A stretch of 64,000 nucleotides of DNA from Candidatus Limnocylindria bacterium (lineage in GTDB: Bacteria > Chloroflexota > Limnocylindria > P2-11E), in the NCBI GenBank assembly GCA_038211425.1, contig JBBQVQ010000004.1, forward strand, positions 6,591 through 70,590, in the 5' to 3' direction. Shown here in pieces: positions 32,086 to 47,181 of the stretch (its first letter is position 1; each line of letters starts with the position of its first letter). The notes beneath the pieces were generated by a model. It did no database searches and was not told the origin of the DNA. It saw nothing but the letters and a program-made list of their open reading frames with translations. The position numbers were made by a program, and so were the translations under genes.

Positions 32086-33221
32086 TGCGGTTCGACCACG
32101 GCTCCGACCAGCTTCTGGTCCGCGACACCGTCCGTGCCTTCGCACAGGAGCGCATCGTGCCGAACGCCGACGCCTGGAGCGAGGCCGGTGCGTTCCCGCA
32201 GGAGTTGATCGGCGAGTGCGCGGCGCTCGGCCTCACCGGACTCGCGGTCCCCGCGCGGTATGGCGGCGCCGAGCTCGACCTCGTGACGATCTCGCTGGTG
32301 ATGGAGGAACTCGGCGCGGCCGACGGATCCATCGCGCTCACCCTCGCCGCTCATAACTCGCTGTGCATCGGGCATCTGCTCGTCGCGGCTTCACCGGAGC
32401 AGCTCGACCGCTGGCTGCCGCAGCTCGCGCGGGGCGAGCATCTCGGCGCGTGGGCCCTCACCGAGCCCGCCTCGGGGTCCGATGCCGCGGCACTCCAGAC
32501 GCGCGCGGTGCGCGACGAGGACGGATACGTCCTGACCGGGCAGAAACAGTTCATAACGAACGGCTCGCTCGCCGGACTCGTCGTGGTGATCGCGGCGACC
32601 GCCGACCGCCAGCTGACCGCGTTCGCCGTGGCAGCCGGCACCAACGGCTTCGGGGCGGGGAGGCGCGAACGCAAGATGGGGCTGCACGCCTCGGACACCG
32701 CGCAGCTTGTGCTCGATGGCTGCCGTGTCCCCGAGTCTGACCGCGTGGGGCCGGAAGGCCACGCATTCGCCGATGTGAAGAAGGTCCTGGATCGCGGGCG
32801 CGTGGGCATCGGGGCCTTGGCGCTCGGTCTCGGCAGGGCCGCCCTCGAGACGGCCACCTCCTACGCGAAGGGACGGCGTCAATTCGGGCGCGCGATCAGC
32901 GACTTCGAGATGATCCGCTGGAAGCTCGCCCAGGCGCGCACCGAGCTTGAGGCGGGAAGGGTCCTCGTGCACAGAGCGGCGGTGCTCGCCGACGGGGGTC
33001 GGCCATTCGGCACCGCTGCCGCCATGGCCAAGGTCTATGCGACCGAGGCGGCGAGCCGCGCCGCGAACTCGTCGCTCCAGATCCTCGGGGGTTACGGCTA
33101 TCTGCGCGACTACCCGGTCGAGCGGATCGTGCGCGACGCGCGTCTGATGGAGATCGGGGAGGGTACCAGCGAGATCCAGCGCATCGTCATCGCGCGCGAC
33201 GTGCTGCGAGCCGCGTCGTAG
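32085..33221 (+). CDS. Acyl-CoA dehydrogenase
   Basis: [26 protein letters not shown]..., [24 protein letters not shown]. Confidence 0.8.
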   Translation: MRFDHGSDQLLVRDTVRAFAQERIVPNADAWSEAGAFPQELIGECAALGLTGLAVPARYGGAELDLVTISLVMEELGAADGSIALTLAAHNSLCIGHLLVAASPEQLDRWLPQLARGEHLGAWALTEPASGSDAAALQTRAVRDEDGYVLTGQKQFITNGSLAGLVVVIAATADRQLTAFAVAAGTNGFGAGRRERKMGLHASDTAQLVLDGCRVPESDRVGPEGHAFADVKKVLDRGRVGIGALALGLGRAALETATSYAKGRRQFGRAISDFEMIRWKLAQARTELEAGRVLVHRAAVLADGGRPFGTAAAMAKVYATEAASRAANSSLQILGGYGYLRDYPVERIVRDARLMEIGEGTSEIQRIVIARDVLRAAS

Positions 33222-33298
33222 CGAAGGCGGCAGCGCCCGCGTACGACGAGCTCCTTGCCCGAGCGCGCGAGGGCCACAAGCGATCCATCGCGCGGATC

Positions 33299-34170
<872 letters not shown>

Positions 34171-34174
<4 letters not shown>

Positions 34175-34908
34175 GAGTCACCTTTCTCGGCACCGGCGAT
34201 TCGTTCGGCAGCGGCGGCCGATTCCAGGCGTGCATCCTTCTCGAACACCCCGGAGGCCGCATTCTCCTGGACTGCGGCGCCTCGTCGCTGATCGCCATGC
34301 GCCGGCTGGGCATCGACCCCGGCACGATCGACGTGGTCCTGGTGTCGCACTTCCACGGCGACCACTTCGGCGGCCTTCCCTTCATGATCCTCGATGGTCA
34401 ATTCTCGCATCGCAGCCGACCGCTGACGATCGCCGGCCCGCCCGGCGTACAGGAGCGCGTGCGCGCGGCGATGGAGGGCCTGTACCCCGGCTCGTCGTCG
34501 ACCCCGCCGCCGTATGGGATCCGATACGTGGAGCTTGCCGTGGGCCTCGCGACGAGCGTCGAGGGATGCGAGGTCACGGCGGTGCTGGTCGATCACAGCC
34601 CGGGCGCCGAGGGCCGTGGATATCGCGTGTCGCGCGGTGACACGGTCGTGGCGTATTCGGGCGACACGGCCTGGACGGAGTCGCTGGTCGAGCTCGCGTC
34701 GGGCGCGGCGCTGTTCATATGCGAGGCGAACTTCTTCGAGAAACGCGTGCCGTTCCACATGACGTATCGCACGCTCGAAGCCCAGCGGGAGCGTCTTCAG
34801 TGCGCGCGGATCCTCCTGACGCATGTGGGTCCGGAGATGCTGGCCCGCGCCGGGGAGAGCGCCATCGAGATCGCGGGCGACGGCATGGTCGTCGATCTCG
34901 GCGCCTGA
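34171..34908 (+). CDS. MBL-fold metallo-hydrolase
   Basis: VSHFHGDHFGG (HxHxDH). GTG 34171 overlaps the meaB stop (GTGA). Confidence 0.7.
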
Positions 34909-35663
34909 CGGCCATCGAGCTGCTGCTCTTTCGCACGGGAGCGGTGGAGCTCGCCCGGTCCAACTTCGCGCCGTGGCTCCCGATGCCGGCACACGACGAG
35001 CTCGTCGTCCAGCCGGTTTGGTCGGCCCTGCTGCGCACGGCCGAAGGGCTGATCCTCTTCGACACCGGGCTCCACCCGGTGCACATCACGCGGCCTGAAG
35101 CCACCTTCGGCGCGCGGAGCGGTCTGCGCGTCGCCATGTCGGGGGATGACGCCATCCTCTCGCGCCTCCGAGCGCTCGGAGTCGTGCCGGCGGACGTCGC
35201 CATCGTGGTCAACAGCCATCTGCACTTCGACCACGCCGGTAACAACCGCGCGTTCCCGAAGGCGGCGTTCATCGTCCAGGCGGACCACCTCGCGTACGCC
35301 AAGGGCCGGGAGAACTTTCCCGCCGTGTACTGGGACGATCCGCAGCTCAGCTACGTACCGGCGGCCGGACGCGCACGGGTCGCGCCCGGTGTCGAGGTGG
35401 TCCCGACGCCGGGCCATGCTCCGGGCCACCAATCGCTCGTCGTCGACCTCCCCGAGCACGGCCGGGTGGTCCTCTGCGGCGACGCCGCCTTCACGCGCGC
35501 CAACCTCGAAAGAAGCGAAGCGCCGGCGCAGGACCCGGCCGCTGCCGCGGAGTCGATCAAGCTGATCCGCTCGCTGGTGAAGGACGACCTCGAAAGGGCG
35601 TTCACCAGCCACGACGCCGCCGCGTGGTCGACGTGGCGCCACGCGCCCCTCTGCTACCGCTGA
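34905..35663 (+). CDS. MBL-fold metallo-hydrolase, N-acyl-homoserine-lactonase (AiiA)-like
   Basis: ILFDTGLHP...VNSHLHFDHAGNN..GHAPGHQS. Alignment to AiiA-type N-termini implies a start at CTG 34905 overlapping the upstream TGA (CTGA). GTG 34944 is the alternative. Confidence 0.6.
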   Translation: MTAIELLLFRTGAVELARSNFAPWLPMPAHDELVVQPVWSALLRTAEGLILFDTGLHPVHITRPEATFGARSGLRVAMSGDDAILSRLRALGVVPADVAIVVNSHLHFDHAGNNRAFPKAAFIVQADHLAYAKGRENFPAVYWDDPQLSYVPAAGRARVAPGVEVVPTPGHAPGHQSLVVDLPEHGRVVLCGDAAFTRANLERSEAPAQDPAAAAESIKLIRSLVKDDLERAFTSHDAAAWSTWRHAPLCYR

Positions 35664-35692
35664 CGGAGTACCCGGGCCGTGGGTCAGGGAGA

Positions 35693-35720
35693 CCGCGGCG
35701 AGCTCCGCGACGCGCCGCGG
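35693..35720. terminator. Hairpin between convergent genes (possible bidirectional terminator)
   Basis: 8-bp inverted repeat CCGCGGCG...CGCCGCGG with a 12-nt loop. It lies in the 62-bp gap between the MBL gene (+) and the beta-CASP gene (-). No U-tract. Confidence 0.25.
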
Positions 35721-35725
35721 AGGCC

Positions 35726-37264
35726 CTACTCGAGCTCGACGACCTGTCGCCACCGCGGGACGAGCGTGTTGAACCCCAGCGCCTTCACCTTCGGCTCGAA
35801 GGCGTCCTGGGCAGGAGGGTCGCCGTGGACGATGAACGTCTGCCGGGGACGCTTCGTGAAGTTTCCGAGCCACGCGAGGAGCTCGGGCTCGTCGGCATGC
35901 GCCGAGAAGCCGCTGATCGAGCGCACCTGGCAGTGCACCTCGAGATCGGTGCCGTCGATGCGTACCGTCTTCGCGCCCTGCTGGAGCTGCGCGCCGAGCG
36001 TCCCGGAGCCCTGGTACCCGACGAACAGGAGAGTCATCGCGGGATCGCCCGCGAGGGCCTTGACGTGCTGCACGATCCGGCCGCCGGTGATCATTCCGTT
36101 CGACGCGACGACCATCAGCGGACGCGCGGCCTCCAGGATCGCCGCCGAGTCGCGGGCGTCGTTCGCGACCACCGCGCCGGGATAGTCGAGCGGCTCCTCG
36201 CCGCCCGTCAGGAGCGCCCGGGCTTCGGCATCGAAGTAGCTCGCGTACGTCCGGTAGATGGCGCTGGCCTTCTGCGCCATCGGCGAGTCGAGGTACAGCG
36301 GCAGGTGCGGGACGGAGCCGGCCGCTAGGAGCCGGTCGAGCTGGTACACGATCTCCTGCGTACGTCCGATCGCGAACGACGGCATGAGCAGCACACCACG
36401 GGCGCTGCTCGTCGCGCTGACCGCGTCGCCGAGCAACCGGATCGCCTCTTCGTGGGGCTCGTGCACGCGCCCGCCGTAGGTCGACTCCACGAGGAGGTAG
36501 TCCGCCGCGCCGACCAGGGTGGGGTCGCGGATGATCGGCGTGTTCGGCCGGCCGAGGTCCCCACTGAACACGACCGTCCGCTCGCCACCGGTCGCCTGGA
36601 CCCGCAGCTTGACGATCGCGGACCCGAGGATGTGGCCCGCGTCGAGGAATGTCGCCGCGATCCCCGGGGCGACCTCGACCTCCGATCCGTACTCGACGCC
36701 GCGAAAGAGCCCGAGCGCGGCGTTCGCGTCCTTCGTCGTGTAGAGCGGCTCGCGCAGGAAGGTCACGGCCTCGGGGCGCGCCGCACGGAGCGCTTCCTCG
36801 TGGTCCGCGAATGCCTTGGGTTCGCCGCTCGCCGGACCCGCGTCCGCGGCGTCTTTCGTCGCGAGCGCAAGCTCCACCTGCGCCGCCTTGTCCTCGGCCG
36901 CCGCCCGATCGGGATGGCGCTTCGCGAACCGCTGGTGGCTCCGCGCGAACTCCTCCTGCAGCTTCGCCGAATCCAGGAGCACCAGGCGCGTCAGGTCGAC
37001 GGTCCCCTTGACCGCGTACACCGGCGCATGGGATCCGGACGCAGCCAGGTGGGGAATGAGCCCGCAGTGGTCGAGGTGGGCGTGCGTGAGAAGCAGCGCA
37101 TCGAGCCCCTTCGGGTCATACGCGAAGGGCACGCGATTGCGGAGGACGTCGTGCGGGCTTCCCTGGAACATGCCGCAATCGACGAGCACGCGCGCCCGAT
37201 CCGTTTCGAGCAGGTACTGCGAACCCGTCACGGTGCGCGCGGCACCGAGGAAATGGATCCTCAC
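35726..37264 (-). CDS. beta-CASP family MBL-fold RNA-metabolising hydrolase
   Basis: RIHFLGAARTVTGS, LLTHAHLDHCG, beta-CASP and RNA-specificity C-domain. Start tentatively GTG 37264. An upstream ATG at 37393 would add a 43-aa low-complexity extension. Confidence 0.65.
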   Translation of the reverse strand: MRIHFLGAARTVTGSQYLLETDRARVLVDCGMFQGSPHDVLRNRVPFAYDPKGLDALLLTHAHLDHCGLIPHLAASGSHAPVYAVKGTVDLTRLVLLDSAKLQEEFARSHQRFAKRHPDRAAAEDKAAQVELALATKDAADAGPASGEPKAFADHEEALRAARPEAVTFLREPLYTTKDANAALGLFRGVEYGSEVEVAPGIAATFLDAGHILGSAIVKLRVQATGGERTVVFSGDLGRPNTPIIRDPTLVGAADYLLVESTYGGRVHEPHEEAIRLLGDAVSATSSARGVLLMPSFAIGRTQEIVYQLDRLLAAGSVPHLPLYLDSPMAQKASAIYRTYASYFDAEARALLTGGEEPLDYPGAVVANDARDSAAILEAARPLMVVASNGMITGGRIVQHVKALAGDPAMTLLFVGYQGSGTLGAQLQQGAKTVRIDGTDLEVHCQVRSISGFSAHADEPELLAWLGNFTKRPRQTFIVHGDPPAQDAFEPKVKALGFNTLVPRWRQVVELE

Positions 37265-37544
37265 GGGTGCATCATGCCCGTGCCGCCCCTCTCCGTGGAA
37301 CGGACGGGGCCGAGGTCCGTGGTGGCGAGGACAGCGCGGGACTGACGACGCGGTACCGGCCGGCCCCCTTTGCTCGCTGGCGCGCATACGCATCGAAGCC
37401 GACGCGTCCGGCCATCAGCTCGAGGCCCTCGTATGAGTGGCGGAGAGGCTCTGCCTCGTCCAGGATGTCGTTCGGCGAGCCGTGCCCCATAGCGTCGACC
37501 TCGTAAGAAACCGACGTATGCTCGCCTGGGGGGAGGGGTGACGG

Positions 37545-37979
37545 GTGCCGGAACAGGGCGATCGAGCGATCGTCGAGCGCTACGCGCGCGCGCTGCCTGG
37601 GGATTTCGCGACGCTCGCAGAGCTTCGGCACAGCGACTTCGTTGAGGAGTGGCCGCAATCGGGCGAGCGCATCCGCGGACACGCGAACTACCAGGCGATC
37701 CACGAGAACTACCCGAGCGGTCTGCCGGGACTGAAGCCGCGCCGGATCCTCGGCAGTGAGGATCGCTGGGTCGTGACTCCGAGCTTCACACCGCTCCGGA
37801 TACTTGGGACGGGCGGCGTCTACGTGATCCACAGCGCCGGCGCGTACGCGGGCGGCGAGGGTGCGCAGGTGGTGGCGATCGTCGAGCTGCGCGACGGCAA
37901 GATCGCGCGGCAGACGACGTTCTTCGCGCCGGCGTTCGACGCCCCCGCCTGGCGCGCAGCCTGGGTCGAACGCACCTAG
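37545..37979 (+). CDS. NTF2/SnoaL-like fold protein
   Basis: 144 aa with AIVERYARAL..., a ketosteroid-isomerase-like fold by composition. Low certainty. Confidence 0.4.
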   Translation: MPEQGDRAIVERYARALPGDFATLAELRHSDFVEEWPQSGERIRGHANYQAIHENYPSGLPGLKPRRILGSEDRWVVTPSFTPLRILGTGGVYVIHSAGAYAGGEGAQVVAIVELRDGKIARQTTFFAPAFDAPAWRAAWVERT

Positions 37980-38044
37980 CGACGCGCGGCCCCTGCCTGG
38001 AACCTGAGACGGCGCGGTCCTCGAGTGGACGCGGTCGACCCTGA

Positions 38045-39643
38045 ATGGCGACGTCGCCCCTGGCGACGGCCGAGTGTCGAACACATATCCTCACGGCTTC
38101 GGTGAAGGGCTCCGAGCGCCTACAGGAACTGCGCGGCCATGCCCTGCTGGGCGGCGGCTCGAGGCGCGTCGAGGAGCAGCACGCCAAGGGCAAGCTCACC
38201 GCGCGCGAGCGGATCGACCTGCTGCTCGACGAGGGCTCGTTCGCGGAGCTCGACCGCTTCGTGGTCGCGCGCTCGAACGAGCTGACGCCCGACGCCGACC
38301 GCGCGTACGGCGACGGCGTCGTGACGGGATCGGGGCGGATCGACGGCCGGCTGATCTACGTGTTCTCGCAGGACTTCACGGTGTTCGGCGGCTCGCTCGG
38401 CGAGGCGCACGCGGCGAAGATCGTGAAGGTCATGGACCTCGCCGTGCGCAATGGCGCGCCGATCATCGGCCTCAACGATTCCGGTGGAGCGCGGATCCAG
38501 GAGGGGGTCGAATCGCTCGGCGGCTACGCCGATATCTTCCTGCGCAACGTCCTGGCCTCGGGCGTGGTGCCGCAGCTGTCCGCGGTCATGGGGCCTTGCG
38601 CAGGGGGCGCGGTGTACTCGCCCGCGATCACCGACTTCATCGTGATGGTCCGCGACACCTCGTACATGTTCGTGACCGGCCCGAACGTGGTGAAGACCGT
38701 GACGCACGAGGACGTGACGCTCGAGGAGCTGGGTGGCGCGGACGTGCACGCGCGCCGCTCCGGCGTCGCCCAATTCGAGACTGCCGACGAGATCGCATGC
38801 GCGACGCTGCTCCGACGGCTCGTCGGCTATCTGCCGTCGAACAATTTGGAGCCCGCGCCGAGGCTGCAGACGGAAGACCCCATCGCCCGGGAGGACGACG
38901 ACCTCGACCTGGTCGTGCCCGACGTCCCCCAGAGACCGTACGACATGCTCAACGTGATCACGCGCGTCGTCGACGATCGCGATCTGCTCCAGGTGCACGA
39001 GGGCTGGGCCAAGAACATCATCTGCGCGTTCGCCCGTCTCGACGGGCAGACCGTGGGGATCGTGGCGCAGCAGCCGATGGTGCTCGCGGGCGTGCTCGAT
39101 ATCGATGCTTCCATCAAGGCCGCTCGGTTCGTCCGCTTCTGCGACGCCTTCAACATCCCGCTCGTGACCTTCGTCGACGTCCCTGGATTCCTCCCGGGAA
39201 CCGCGCAGGAGCACGGCGGGATCATCCGCAGCGGCGCGAAGCTGCTGTATGCGTACGCCGAGGCGACGGTGCCGAAGCTCACGGTCATAACCCGCAAGGC
39301 CTACGGCGGGGCGTACGACGTCATGTCGAGCAAGCACCTCCGCGGCGACTACAACGTCGCGTGGCCCTCGGCGGAGATCGCGGTCATGGGGCCTCCGGCG
39401 GCGGTGAACATCCTGTACCGGGATGAGCTCGCCGGAGCGGCGGACCCGGATGCCCGTCGCGCCGAGCTCGTCGCCGGATACGTCGAGCGCTTCGCCAACC
39501 CGTACGTGGCCGCGGCGCGGGGCTACCTCGACGACGTCATCGAGCCGCACGAGACCCGCCCTCGTCTGGTCGCAGCGCTCCGCTCGCTCGAAGGCAAGAG
39601 GGCGAGCACTCCGCGGCGGAAGCACGGCAACATCCCGCTGTAG
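38045..39643 (+). CDS. pccB: Propionyl-CoA carboxylase beta subunit / acyl-CoA carboxyltransferase
   Basis: AccD5/PccB signatures: [40 protein letters not shown], and C-terminal CT domain. Confidence 0.85.
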   Translation: MATSPLATAECRTHILTASVKGSERLQELRGHALLGGGSRRVEEQHAKGKLTARERIDLLLDEGSFAELDRFVVARSNELTPDADRAYGDGVVTGSGRIDGRLIYVFSQDFTVFGGSLGEAHAAKIVKVMDLAVRNGAPIIGLNDSGGARIQEGVESLGGYADIFLRNVLASGVVPQLSAVMGPCAGGAVYSPAITDFIVMVRDTSYMFVTGPNVVKTVTHEDVTLEELGGADVHARRSGVAQFETADEIACATLLRRLVGYLPSNNLEPAPRLQTEDPIAREDDDLDLVVPDVPQRPYDMLNVITRVVDDRDLLQVHEGWAKNIICAFARLDGQTVGIVAQQPMVLAGVLDIDASIKAARFVRFCDAFNIPLVTFVDVPGFLPGTAQEHGGIIRSGAKLLYAYAEATVPKLTVITRKAYGGAYDVMSSKHLRGDYNVAWPSAEIAVMGPPAAVNILYRDELAGAADPDARRAELVAGYVERFANPYVAAARGYLDDVIEPHETRPRLVAALRSLEGKRASTPRRKHGNIPL

Positions 39644-40604
39644 GGCTTCTGGCCCTGCAGCGGGGCGCTTATCGCGCCGCGGTCGCGCCCCATCGCGACG
39701 ACGGACCAAGCGAGGTGGATGCGAACACGCGAGGCCTCGCTCCTCGCTCCGGGGGCCTGAGGGGCCGGAGGCTCCTCATTGCGGCACACTTCAGCGCGGG
39801 ATGCCCAAGCACCATCGAGCGCGCGCCTCGCTCCGCGGACCTGCCCGATGAGCCGGCTTCGGCTCCTGACCATCGCGGGATCCGACTCGAGCGGCGGTGC
39901 CGGGATCCAGGCCGACCTTAAGACGTTCGCATCGCTTGGCGCGTATGGAATGAGCGTCGTCACCGCTCTGACCGCGCAGAACACCCTGGGCGTCGCCGGC
40001 GTGTACGCGGTCGAGCCCCGCTTCGTCGCCGCGCAGTTGGACGCCGTGTGCTCCGACATCGGCGTCGACGCCGCGAAGACGGGCATGCTCTTCTCCGCCG
40101 ATGTGATCCGCGCCGTCGCCGCGGGCGTTCGGCGATGGCACGTCGGCCCGCTTGTCGTGGACCCGGTCATGGTCGCGACCAGTGGTGACAGGCTCCTCAA
40201 GGAGGATGCGGTGGCGGCGATGGTGACCGACCTGCTCCCGCTCGCGGCTGTCGTGACGCCCAATCTCCCGGAGGCGGAGGTCCTGGCCGGCCATCGGATC
40301 GCCGACCGGGAGGACCTGGAGCGCGCGGCGCGCGCGATCGCCGGCCACGGCGTGGCGGCGGTACTGGTCAAGGGCGGCCATCGCGCGGTGCCCGGGGCGT
40401 CCCGCGAAGGCGAGGCGAACGACTGGTTCTGGGACGGCTCGTCCCTCGTCACGATCGAGGGGCAGCGCATCGCGACGACCAGCACGCACGGCACCGGCTG
40501 CACCCTGTCCGCGGCGATCGCGGTGCGGATGGCGGCGGGCGACGACCCGCTCTCCGCCTGCATCGCGGCGAAGGAGTACCTCGCAGGAGCCTTGTCGCAC
40601 GCGG

Positions 40605-42139
<1,535 letters not shown>

Positions 42140-42143
<4 letters not shown>

Positions 42144-42634
42144 GGTACGCGGTCGACCTTGCAGGACGGCGCCTGATGGTCGAGACGGGCACCGACGGCC
42201 GTTTTCTCGTCGACGACGAGGTCGTCACCATCGCCGCTCGACCGCTGGGAAAGGACCACTGGTCCATCGCATGCCAAGGACGCAGCCACGAGGTGGCTAT
42301 CCTGGGCCGCGACCCGCTTCGCGTGTGGGTCGACGGGGTCGAGGTGCGCGCGGCGGTCACGGACGAGCGCGCTCTCGCCGCAGCGGGCCGCGATGCGAGC
42401 GCGTCCGGCTCGCAGCACGAGATCCGCGCGCCGATGCCCGGGCTCTTGAAGGCCGTACACGTCGCCGTGGGGGACACCGTCGAGCGGGGCGACGCGATCG
42501 CGACCCTCGAGGCGATGAAGATGGAGAATGAGCTTCGCTCGCCCGAGCGTGCGCGCGTCGCGAAGCTCGCGGTAGCGGCAGGGACGAAGGTCGAAGGGGG
42601 CGCGCTGCTCGCGGTCCTCGTCAGCGCCGACTGA
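42140..42634 (+). CDS. Biotin carboxyl carrier protein
   Basis: C-terminal biotinyl domain IATLEAMKMENEL. GTG 42140 overlaps the accC stop (GTGA). Confidence 0.7.
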
Positions 42635-45009
42635 TGCGTCGCCGACTCGGTATCGCCGGCGCGGCGCTCGCTGCTCTCCTGCTCGTCGTCGGGCTCGCGG
42701 GCTCGTTCATCGTCACGCGGGCGCTGCCCACGATCCAGGGTGACTTCAGGCTCCTCGGCCTGCGCGAACGCGGGGAAGTGGCGCGCGACCTGTACGGTGT
42801 GCCCCACGTCTACGCCCAGAACGCGCACGATCTCTTCTTCCTCCAGGGCTACGTCACGGCGCAGGACCGGCTGTTCCAGCTCGACCTCTACCGGCGGACG
42901 GGCCAGGGTCGCCTCGCGGAGGTGCTCGGCGAGCCCGCGCTGGACACCGACAGGTTCACGCGCACGCTCGGCCTCGCGCGTGCCGCCAAGGCCGACCTCG
43001 CGGTCACCGGCAGCACGACGCGGGACGCGCTCGAGGCCTACGCGGAGGGCGTCAACAAGCTGCTCGATCAGCAAAAGGACGCTCTTCCCCTGGAATTCGT
43101 GATCCTCGGTTACCGCCCGGAGCCGTGGACCGCGATCGATTCGCTCATCGTGACGAAGCTCGAGGCCTACGACCTCGCCGGCAACTTCCGCACCGAGCTG
43201 CTGCGCGCGGATATCGTGCAGCGGCTCGGCGTGGCGGCGCTCGCGACGCTCCTGCCCGATGCCGAAGGGACGCCGCCGTCCGGACTCTCTGATGGCGCCT
43301 GGGCCGCGGTCGCGCCGCTACTGACCCCGGTGGCGTCCGCTCGCGCCACTTCCGGTGATCTTCTCCTGGGAGCGGGTGGACCTGAGGGGTCGAACTGCTG
43401 GGCAGTCTCCGGCAGCCGTTCGCGCACGGGGCGGCCGCTGCTCGCGGGTGATCCTCACCTTGGCGTCCGGAATCCATCGATCTGGTATGAGGTCGGCCTC
43501 GAGGGAGCGGGATATAAGGTCGTCGGCTTCGCCATCCCCGGGATACCGGGAGTTCTGACCGGGCATAACGCGCACATCGCGTGGAGCTTCACCATCGCCT
43601 ACACCGACGTGCAGGACATCTACGTCGAGCAGCAGGACCCGACCGACTTCCGCCGCTACATGTTCCGCGGAGCCGCGGAGGCCGCGACGGTGCTGCGCGA
43701 GTCCATCAAGGTCAAGGGGCGGACGGACCCCGTCGATCTCGACGTCGTGATCACGCGCCATGGGCCGATCATCACCGGCGTGCTTCTCGGCCGCACGTCG
43801 CAGCTCGCACTCCGGTGGAACGCGCTCGACGCGGGCCGTACGATGGACGGGCTCCTCGCGCTTAACAGGGCCGAAGACTGGACGACGTTCAGGTCCGCAG
43901 CGTCGCAGCTCGCCGGCGCGACGCTCTCCGCCTGCTACGCGGACGCGGCCGGGCACATCGGCTACCAGTTCGTGGGCGCGCTGCCACGGCGGACCGCGGG
44001 CGACGGCAGGCTTCCCGTCCCGGGGTGGACCGGCGAGTACGAGTGGGACGGCCAGGTGCCGTCGGAGCAGCTGCCGTCGGTCTTCGATCCGGCCGCCGGG
44101 TACGTGGTGAACGCGAACGATCGGCCCACGGAGGACCGTGGATCCGCGGCCTTCGTCGGCGAGTGGGATCCGGGTTTCAGGTCGGCACGCCTCCACTCCG
44201 AGCTGCGGGACGGCCGGGACGCCGACGTCGAGCGCTTCCGCGTGATGCAGACGGATTACAGCTCCGCGCCCGCGCTGCGTTTCCGCGACGTGATCCTGGG
44301 CGCTGCCGCGCGCAGCCCCCTGGCGGCCCGGGGGCAGGCGCTCGTACGCGAATGGGACGGCGTCCCGTCGGCCGACTCCCCCGCGGCCGCGGTGTACGAA
44401 GCGTGGCTGGTGCGCATGTGCGAACGCGTCTTCAAGGACAAGCTCGGCGACGCCATCTTCGCGGACTACCTGGACTACGGCCGGCCGACGTTCGCCCTGT
44501 ATCGCCTGGTGGCGCGCGCGATCGATCCGTTCTTCGAGGAGCTCGGCGATCCCATCGGGCGCGGTCGCGACGAGATGGCCGCGCGTGCGCTCGACGATGC
44601 GTCCCGCGATCTTCGCGACGGCCTCGGCGCCGAGCCCGACCGCTGGAAGTGGGGTGACCTGCACCGCATCCGCTTCGACCATCCGCTCTCCGCGGTACCA
44701 CCGCTGGACCGGCTCTTCAGCATCGGTCCGCTGGCGCGGCCGGGCGACATGTACTCGGTCAATAACGGCGCGTACAAGCTGAGCAAGCCCTATCTGCTCT
44801 CGAGCCACGCCTCGTACCGCATGATCGTCGACCTCGCGGACACCGACCGCTCCTGGTCGGTGCTGCCGACCGGGGAATCGGGGCAGCCCTTCGCGCGGCA
44901 CTGGGGCGACCAGACCACGCTCTGGGCCGAGGGGAGGCTCAAGGCGATGCGCTTCTCGCGCGAGCGTCTGGGGCAGATCGAGGGGACGCTCCTGTTCCGC
45001 CCGCGATGA
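42634..45009 (+). CDS. Penicillin amidase / acyl-homoserine-lactone acylase family (Ntn-hydrolase, S45)
   Basis: Signal/TM N-terminus, YGVPHVYA, and a beta-subunit N-terminal nucleophile context SNCWAVSG. Confidence 0.8.
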   Translation: MRRRLGIAGAALAALLLVVGLAGSFIVTRALPTIQGDFRLLGLRERGEVARDLYGVPHVYAQNAHDLFFLQGYVTAQDRLFQLDLYRRTGQGRLAEVLGEPALDTDRFTRTLGLARAAKADLAVTGSTTRDALEAYAEGVNKLLDQQKDALPLEFVILGYRPEPWTAIDSLIVTKLEAYDLAGNFRTELLRADIVQRLGVAALATLLPDAEGTPPSGLSDGAWAAVAPLLTPVASARATSGDLLLGAGGPEGSNCWAVSGSRSRTGRPLLAGDPHLGVRNPSIWYEVGLEGAGYKVVGFAIPGIPGVLTGHNAHIAWSFTIAYTDVQDIYVEQQDPTDFRRYMFRGAAEAATVLRESIKVKGRTDPVDLDVVITRHGPIITGVLLGRTSQLALRWNALDAGRTMDGLLALNRAEDWTTFRSAASQLAGATLSACYADAAGHIGYQFVGALPRRTAGDGRLPVPGWTGEYEWDGQVPSEQLPSVFDPAAGYVVNANDRPTEDRGSAAFVGEWDPGFRSARLHSELRDGRDADVERFRVMQTDYSSAPALRFRDVILGAAARSPLAARGQALVREWDGVPSADSPAAAVYEAWLVRMCERVFKDKLGDAIFADYLDYGRPTFALYRLVARAIDPFFEELGDPIGRGRDEMAARALDDASRDLRDGLGAEPDRWKWGDLHRIRFDHPLSAVPPLDRLFSIGPLARPGDMYSVNNGAYKLSKPYLLSSHASYRMIVDLADTDRSWSVLPTGESGQPFARHWGDQTTLWAEGRLKAMRFSRERLGQIEGTLLFRPR

Positions 45010-45046
45010 GCGATCACTCCCCGGGCGATTGCGCGACACTGCGGTG

Positions 45047-46702
45047 ATGAGCGCACCTGAAGTCAGCCCGAACCTCGAGACCTGGCGGCGGACCCGCTAC
45101 GCCGATGCGGTCCGGCGCGTCGCGGAGCGCGGCCGCTTCGCCACGACATACGGCGCCGATCTCCCGCCGCTGTACGCTCCGGATGCCGCCTACGCCGAAG
45201 CTCTGGGCCGGCTCGGCCAACCGGGAGAGCCGCCGTACACCCGGGGCATCCAGGCGACGATGTATCGCGCGCGGCCGTGGACGATGCGCCAATACGCCGG
45301 ATTCTCCAGTGCAGAAGAGTCGAACGAGAGGTATCGCTATCTCCTGGCCCAGGGCCAGACCGGTCTGTCCGTGGCGTTCGACCTTCCCACGCAGATGGGC
45401 TACGACGCCGACGACCCCCTCGTCCAGGGCGAGGTCGGCAAGGTGGGCGTCTCCATATCGAGCCTCGCGGATCTCGAGCGGCTGTTCGACGGCATCCCGC
45501 TCGGCGAAGTGACCACGTCGATGACGATCAACGCGACCGCGGCGATCCTCCTCGCGATGTACGTCGCTCTCGCCAAGAGGCAGGGTGTCGCGAACGATCG
45601 CCTGGGGGGGACGACGCAGAACGACATCCTCAAGGAGTACATCGCTCGGGGCACGTACATCTTCCCCCCGCGGCCGTCGCTGCGCCTGGTAACGGACGTA
45701 TTCGCCTACTGCGCCGAGCACCTGCCGCGCTGGAACACTATCTCGATCAGTGGGTACCACATTCGTGAGGCGGGAGCCGACGCGGTCCAGGAGCTCGCGT
45801 TCACGTTCGCGAACGCGATCGAGTACGTGGAGGCCGCGGTCCAGGCGGGCATGCAGGTCGATAGGTTCTCGGGACATCTGTCCTTCTTCTTCGCGGCGAA
45901 CTCGACGTTCATCGAGGAGGTCGCGAAGTTCCGCGCGGCTCGCCGGATCTGGCACCGCCTGATGCGCGACCGATTCGGTGCTGTCGAGCCCGCCTCGCTC
46001 GCGCTGCGTTTCCACACCCAGACGATGGGATCGACCCTCACAGCGCAGCAGCCGCTGAACAACATCGTCCGCACGACGATCGAGGCGCTCGCGGCCGTGC
46101 TGGGCGGGACCCAATCGCTGCACACGAACGCGTACGACGAGGCCCTGGCGCTACCCAGCGAAGAGAGCGCGCGCATCGCGCTGCGGACGCAGCAGATCAT
46201 CGCGGAGGAGTCGGGAGTCGCCGATACCATCGATCCTCTCGGTGGTTCGTACGCGGTCGAGCGGCTCACCGCCGACATCGAGCAGCGAACGCTCGCGCGG
46301 ATCGCGGCGATCGATGAGATGGGCGGCGCCCTCGCAGCGATAGAGCGCGGCCACCAGCAGGGCGAGATCGAAGAGTCGGCCTACCGCTACCAGCGCGCCG
46401 TCGAGCGGGGCGAGCGGCTCGTCGTCGGCCTGAACGCGTTCCAGACCGACGAGCCGATGGTCCGCGATGTCCTCCATGTTGACGACACCGCGGCGGGACG
46501 ACAGCGCGAACGGCTCGCCGCTCTTCGCGCGGGGCGGGATGCGGCGAGGGCCGATGCCCTGCGCGCCGAGCTGCGGCGTGCGGCGCAGGGCACGGCGAAC
46601 CTGATCCCGCCGATCGTCGCCGCGGTCGAAGCGGAGGTCACGCTCGGCGAGATCTGCACCGACCTCCGCTCCGTCTTCGGGACGCACGACCCGCGTGCCT
46701 GA
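45047..46702 (+). CDS. Second methylmalonyl-CoA mutase family large subunit (catalytic domain; no fused B12 domain)
   Basis: [26 protein letters not shown]; TMTINATA; YHIREAG; TNAYDE. An alternative start at 45029 is possible. Confidence 0.8.
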   Translation: MSAPEVSPNLETWRRTRYADAVRRVAERGRFATTYGADLPPLYAPDAAYAEALGRLGQPGEPPYTRGIQATMYRARPWTMRQYAGFSSAEESNERYRYLLAQGQTGLSVAFDLPTQMGYDADDPLVQGEVGKVGVSISSLADLERLFDGIPLGEVTTSMTINATAAILLAMYVALAKRQGVANDRLGGTTQNDILKEYIARGTYIFPPRPSLRLVTDVFAYCAEHLPRWNTISISGYHIREAGADAVQELAFTFANAIEYVEAAVQAGMQVDRFSGHLSFFFAANSTFIEEVAKFRAARRIWHRLMRDRFGAVEPASLALRFHTQTMGSTLTAQQPLNNIVRTTIEALAAVLGGTQSLHTNAYDEALALPSEESARIALRTQQIIAEESGVADTIDPLGGSYAVERLTADIEQRTLARIAAIDEMGGALAAIERGHQQGEIEESAYRYQRAVERGERLVVGLNAFQTDEPMVRDVLHVDDTAAGRQRERLAALRAGRDAARADALRAELRRAAQGTANLIPPIVAAVEAEVTLGEICTDLRSVFGTHDPRA

Positions 46703-47135
46703 CGACGGCGCGCGCCACCCCGGGCGTCCGCTGCACCACGTCGCGATCGTCGTGCCTTCGATCGCCGCGGCGCTGCCCTTCTATCGCGACACCCTCGGCC
46801 TTGCGGCGCGCGTGATCCACGAGGTCCCGGAGCAGGCGGTCCGCGTCGCGTTCCTCGGGGCGGGCGAAAGCCTGCTCGAGCTCGTGGAGCCGCTCGATGA
46901 TGCCTCGGGCGCGGCGCGTTACCTGGCCGAGCGTGGGAGACCCTCCCTCCATCACGTCTGCTTTGCGGTCGATGACCTGGCAAGGACGCTTCGCGGCCTC
47001 GAGGATGCCGGCGTCGAGCTCATCGACCGCGAGCCGCGACAGGGGGCGGAAGGCGACGTCGCGTTCATCCATCCGCGCGCATCGGGAGGCGTACTGGTGG
47101 AGCTCATCGACCGCGCGACGCTGCGCGACCGATGA
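46695..47135 (+). CDS. Methylmalonyl-CoA epimerase (VOC family)
   Basis: [11 protein letters not shown]...[18 protein letters not shown], a paired glyoxalase-fold signature. GTG 46695 overlaps the mutase stop. Confidence 0.7.
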   Translation: MPDDGARHPGRPLHHVAIVVPSIAAALPFYRDTLGLAARVIHEVPEQAVRVAFLGAGESLLELVEPLDDASGAARYLAERGRPSLHHVCFAVDDLARTLRGLEDAGVELIDREPRQGAEGDVAFIHPRASGGVLVELIDRATLRDR

Positions 47136-47181
47136 GGCCGGAGAGGGCATTCGCTCGCACGCTCGGCATACTTGGCGGATC

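Noticed and set aside
39644-39847. Possible TPP riboswitch upstream of thiD (and 52196-52502 upstream of thiE)
   Set aside because: I could not find the conserved CUGAGA pyrimidine-binding element or the ACCUGAUCUGGAUAAUGCCAGCG-type P4/P5 sequence on the coding strand. Only an incidental CCTGAGG is present.
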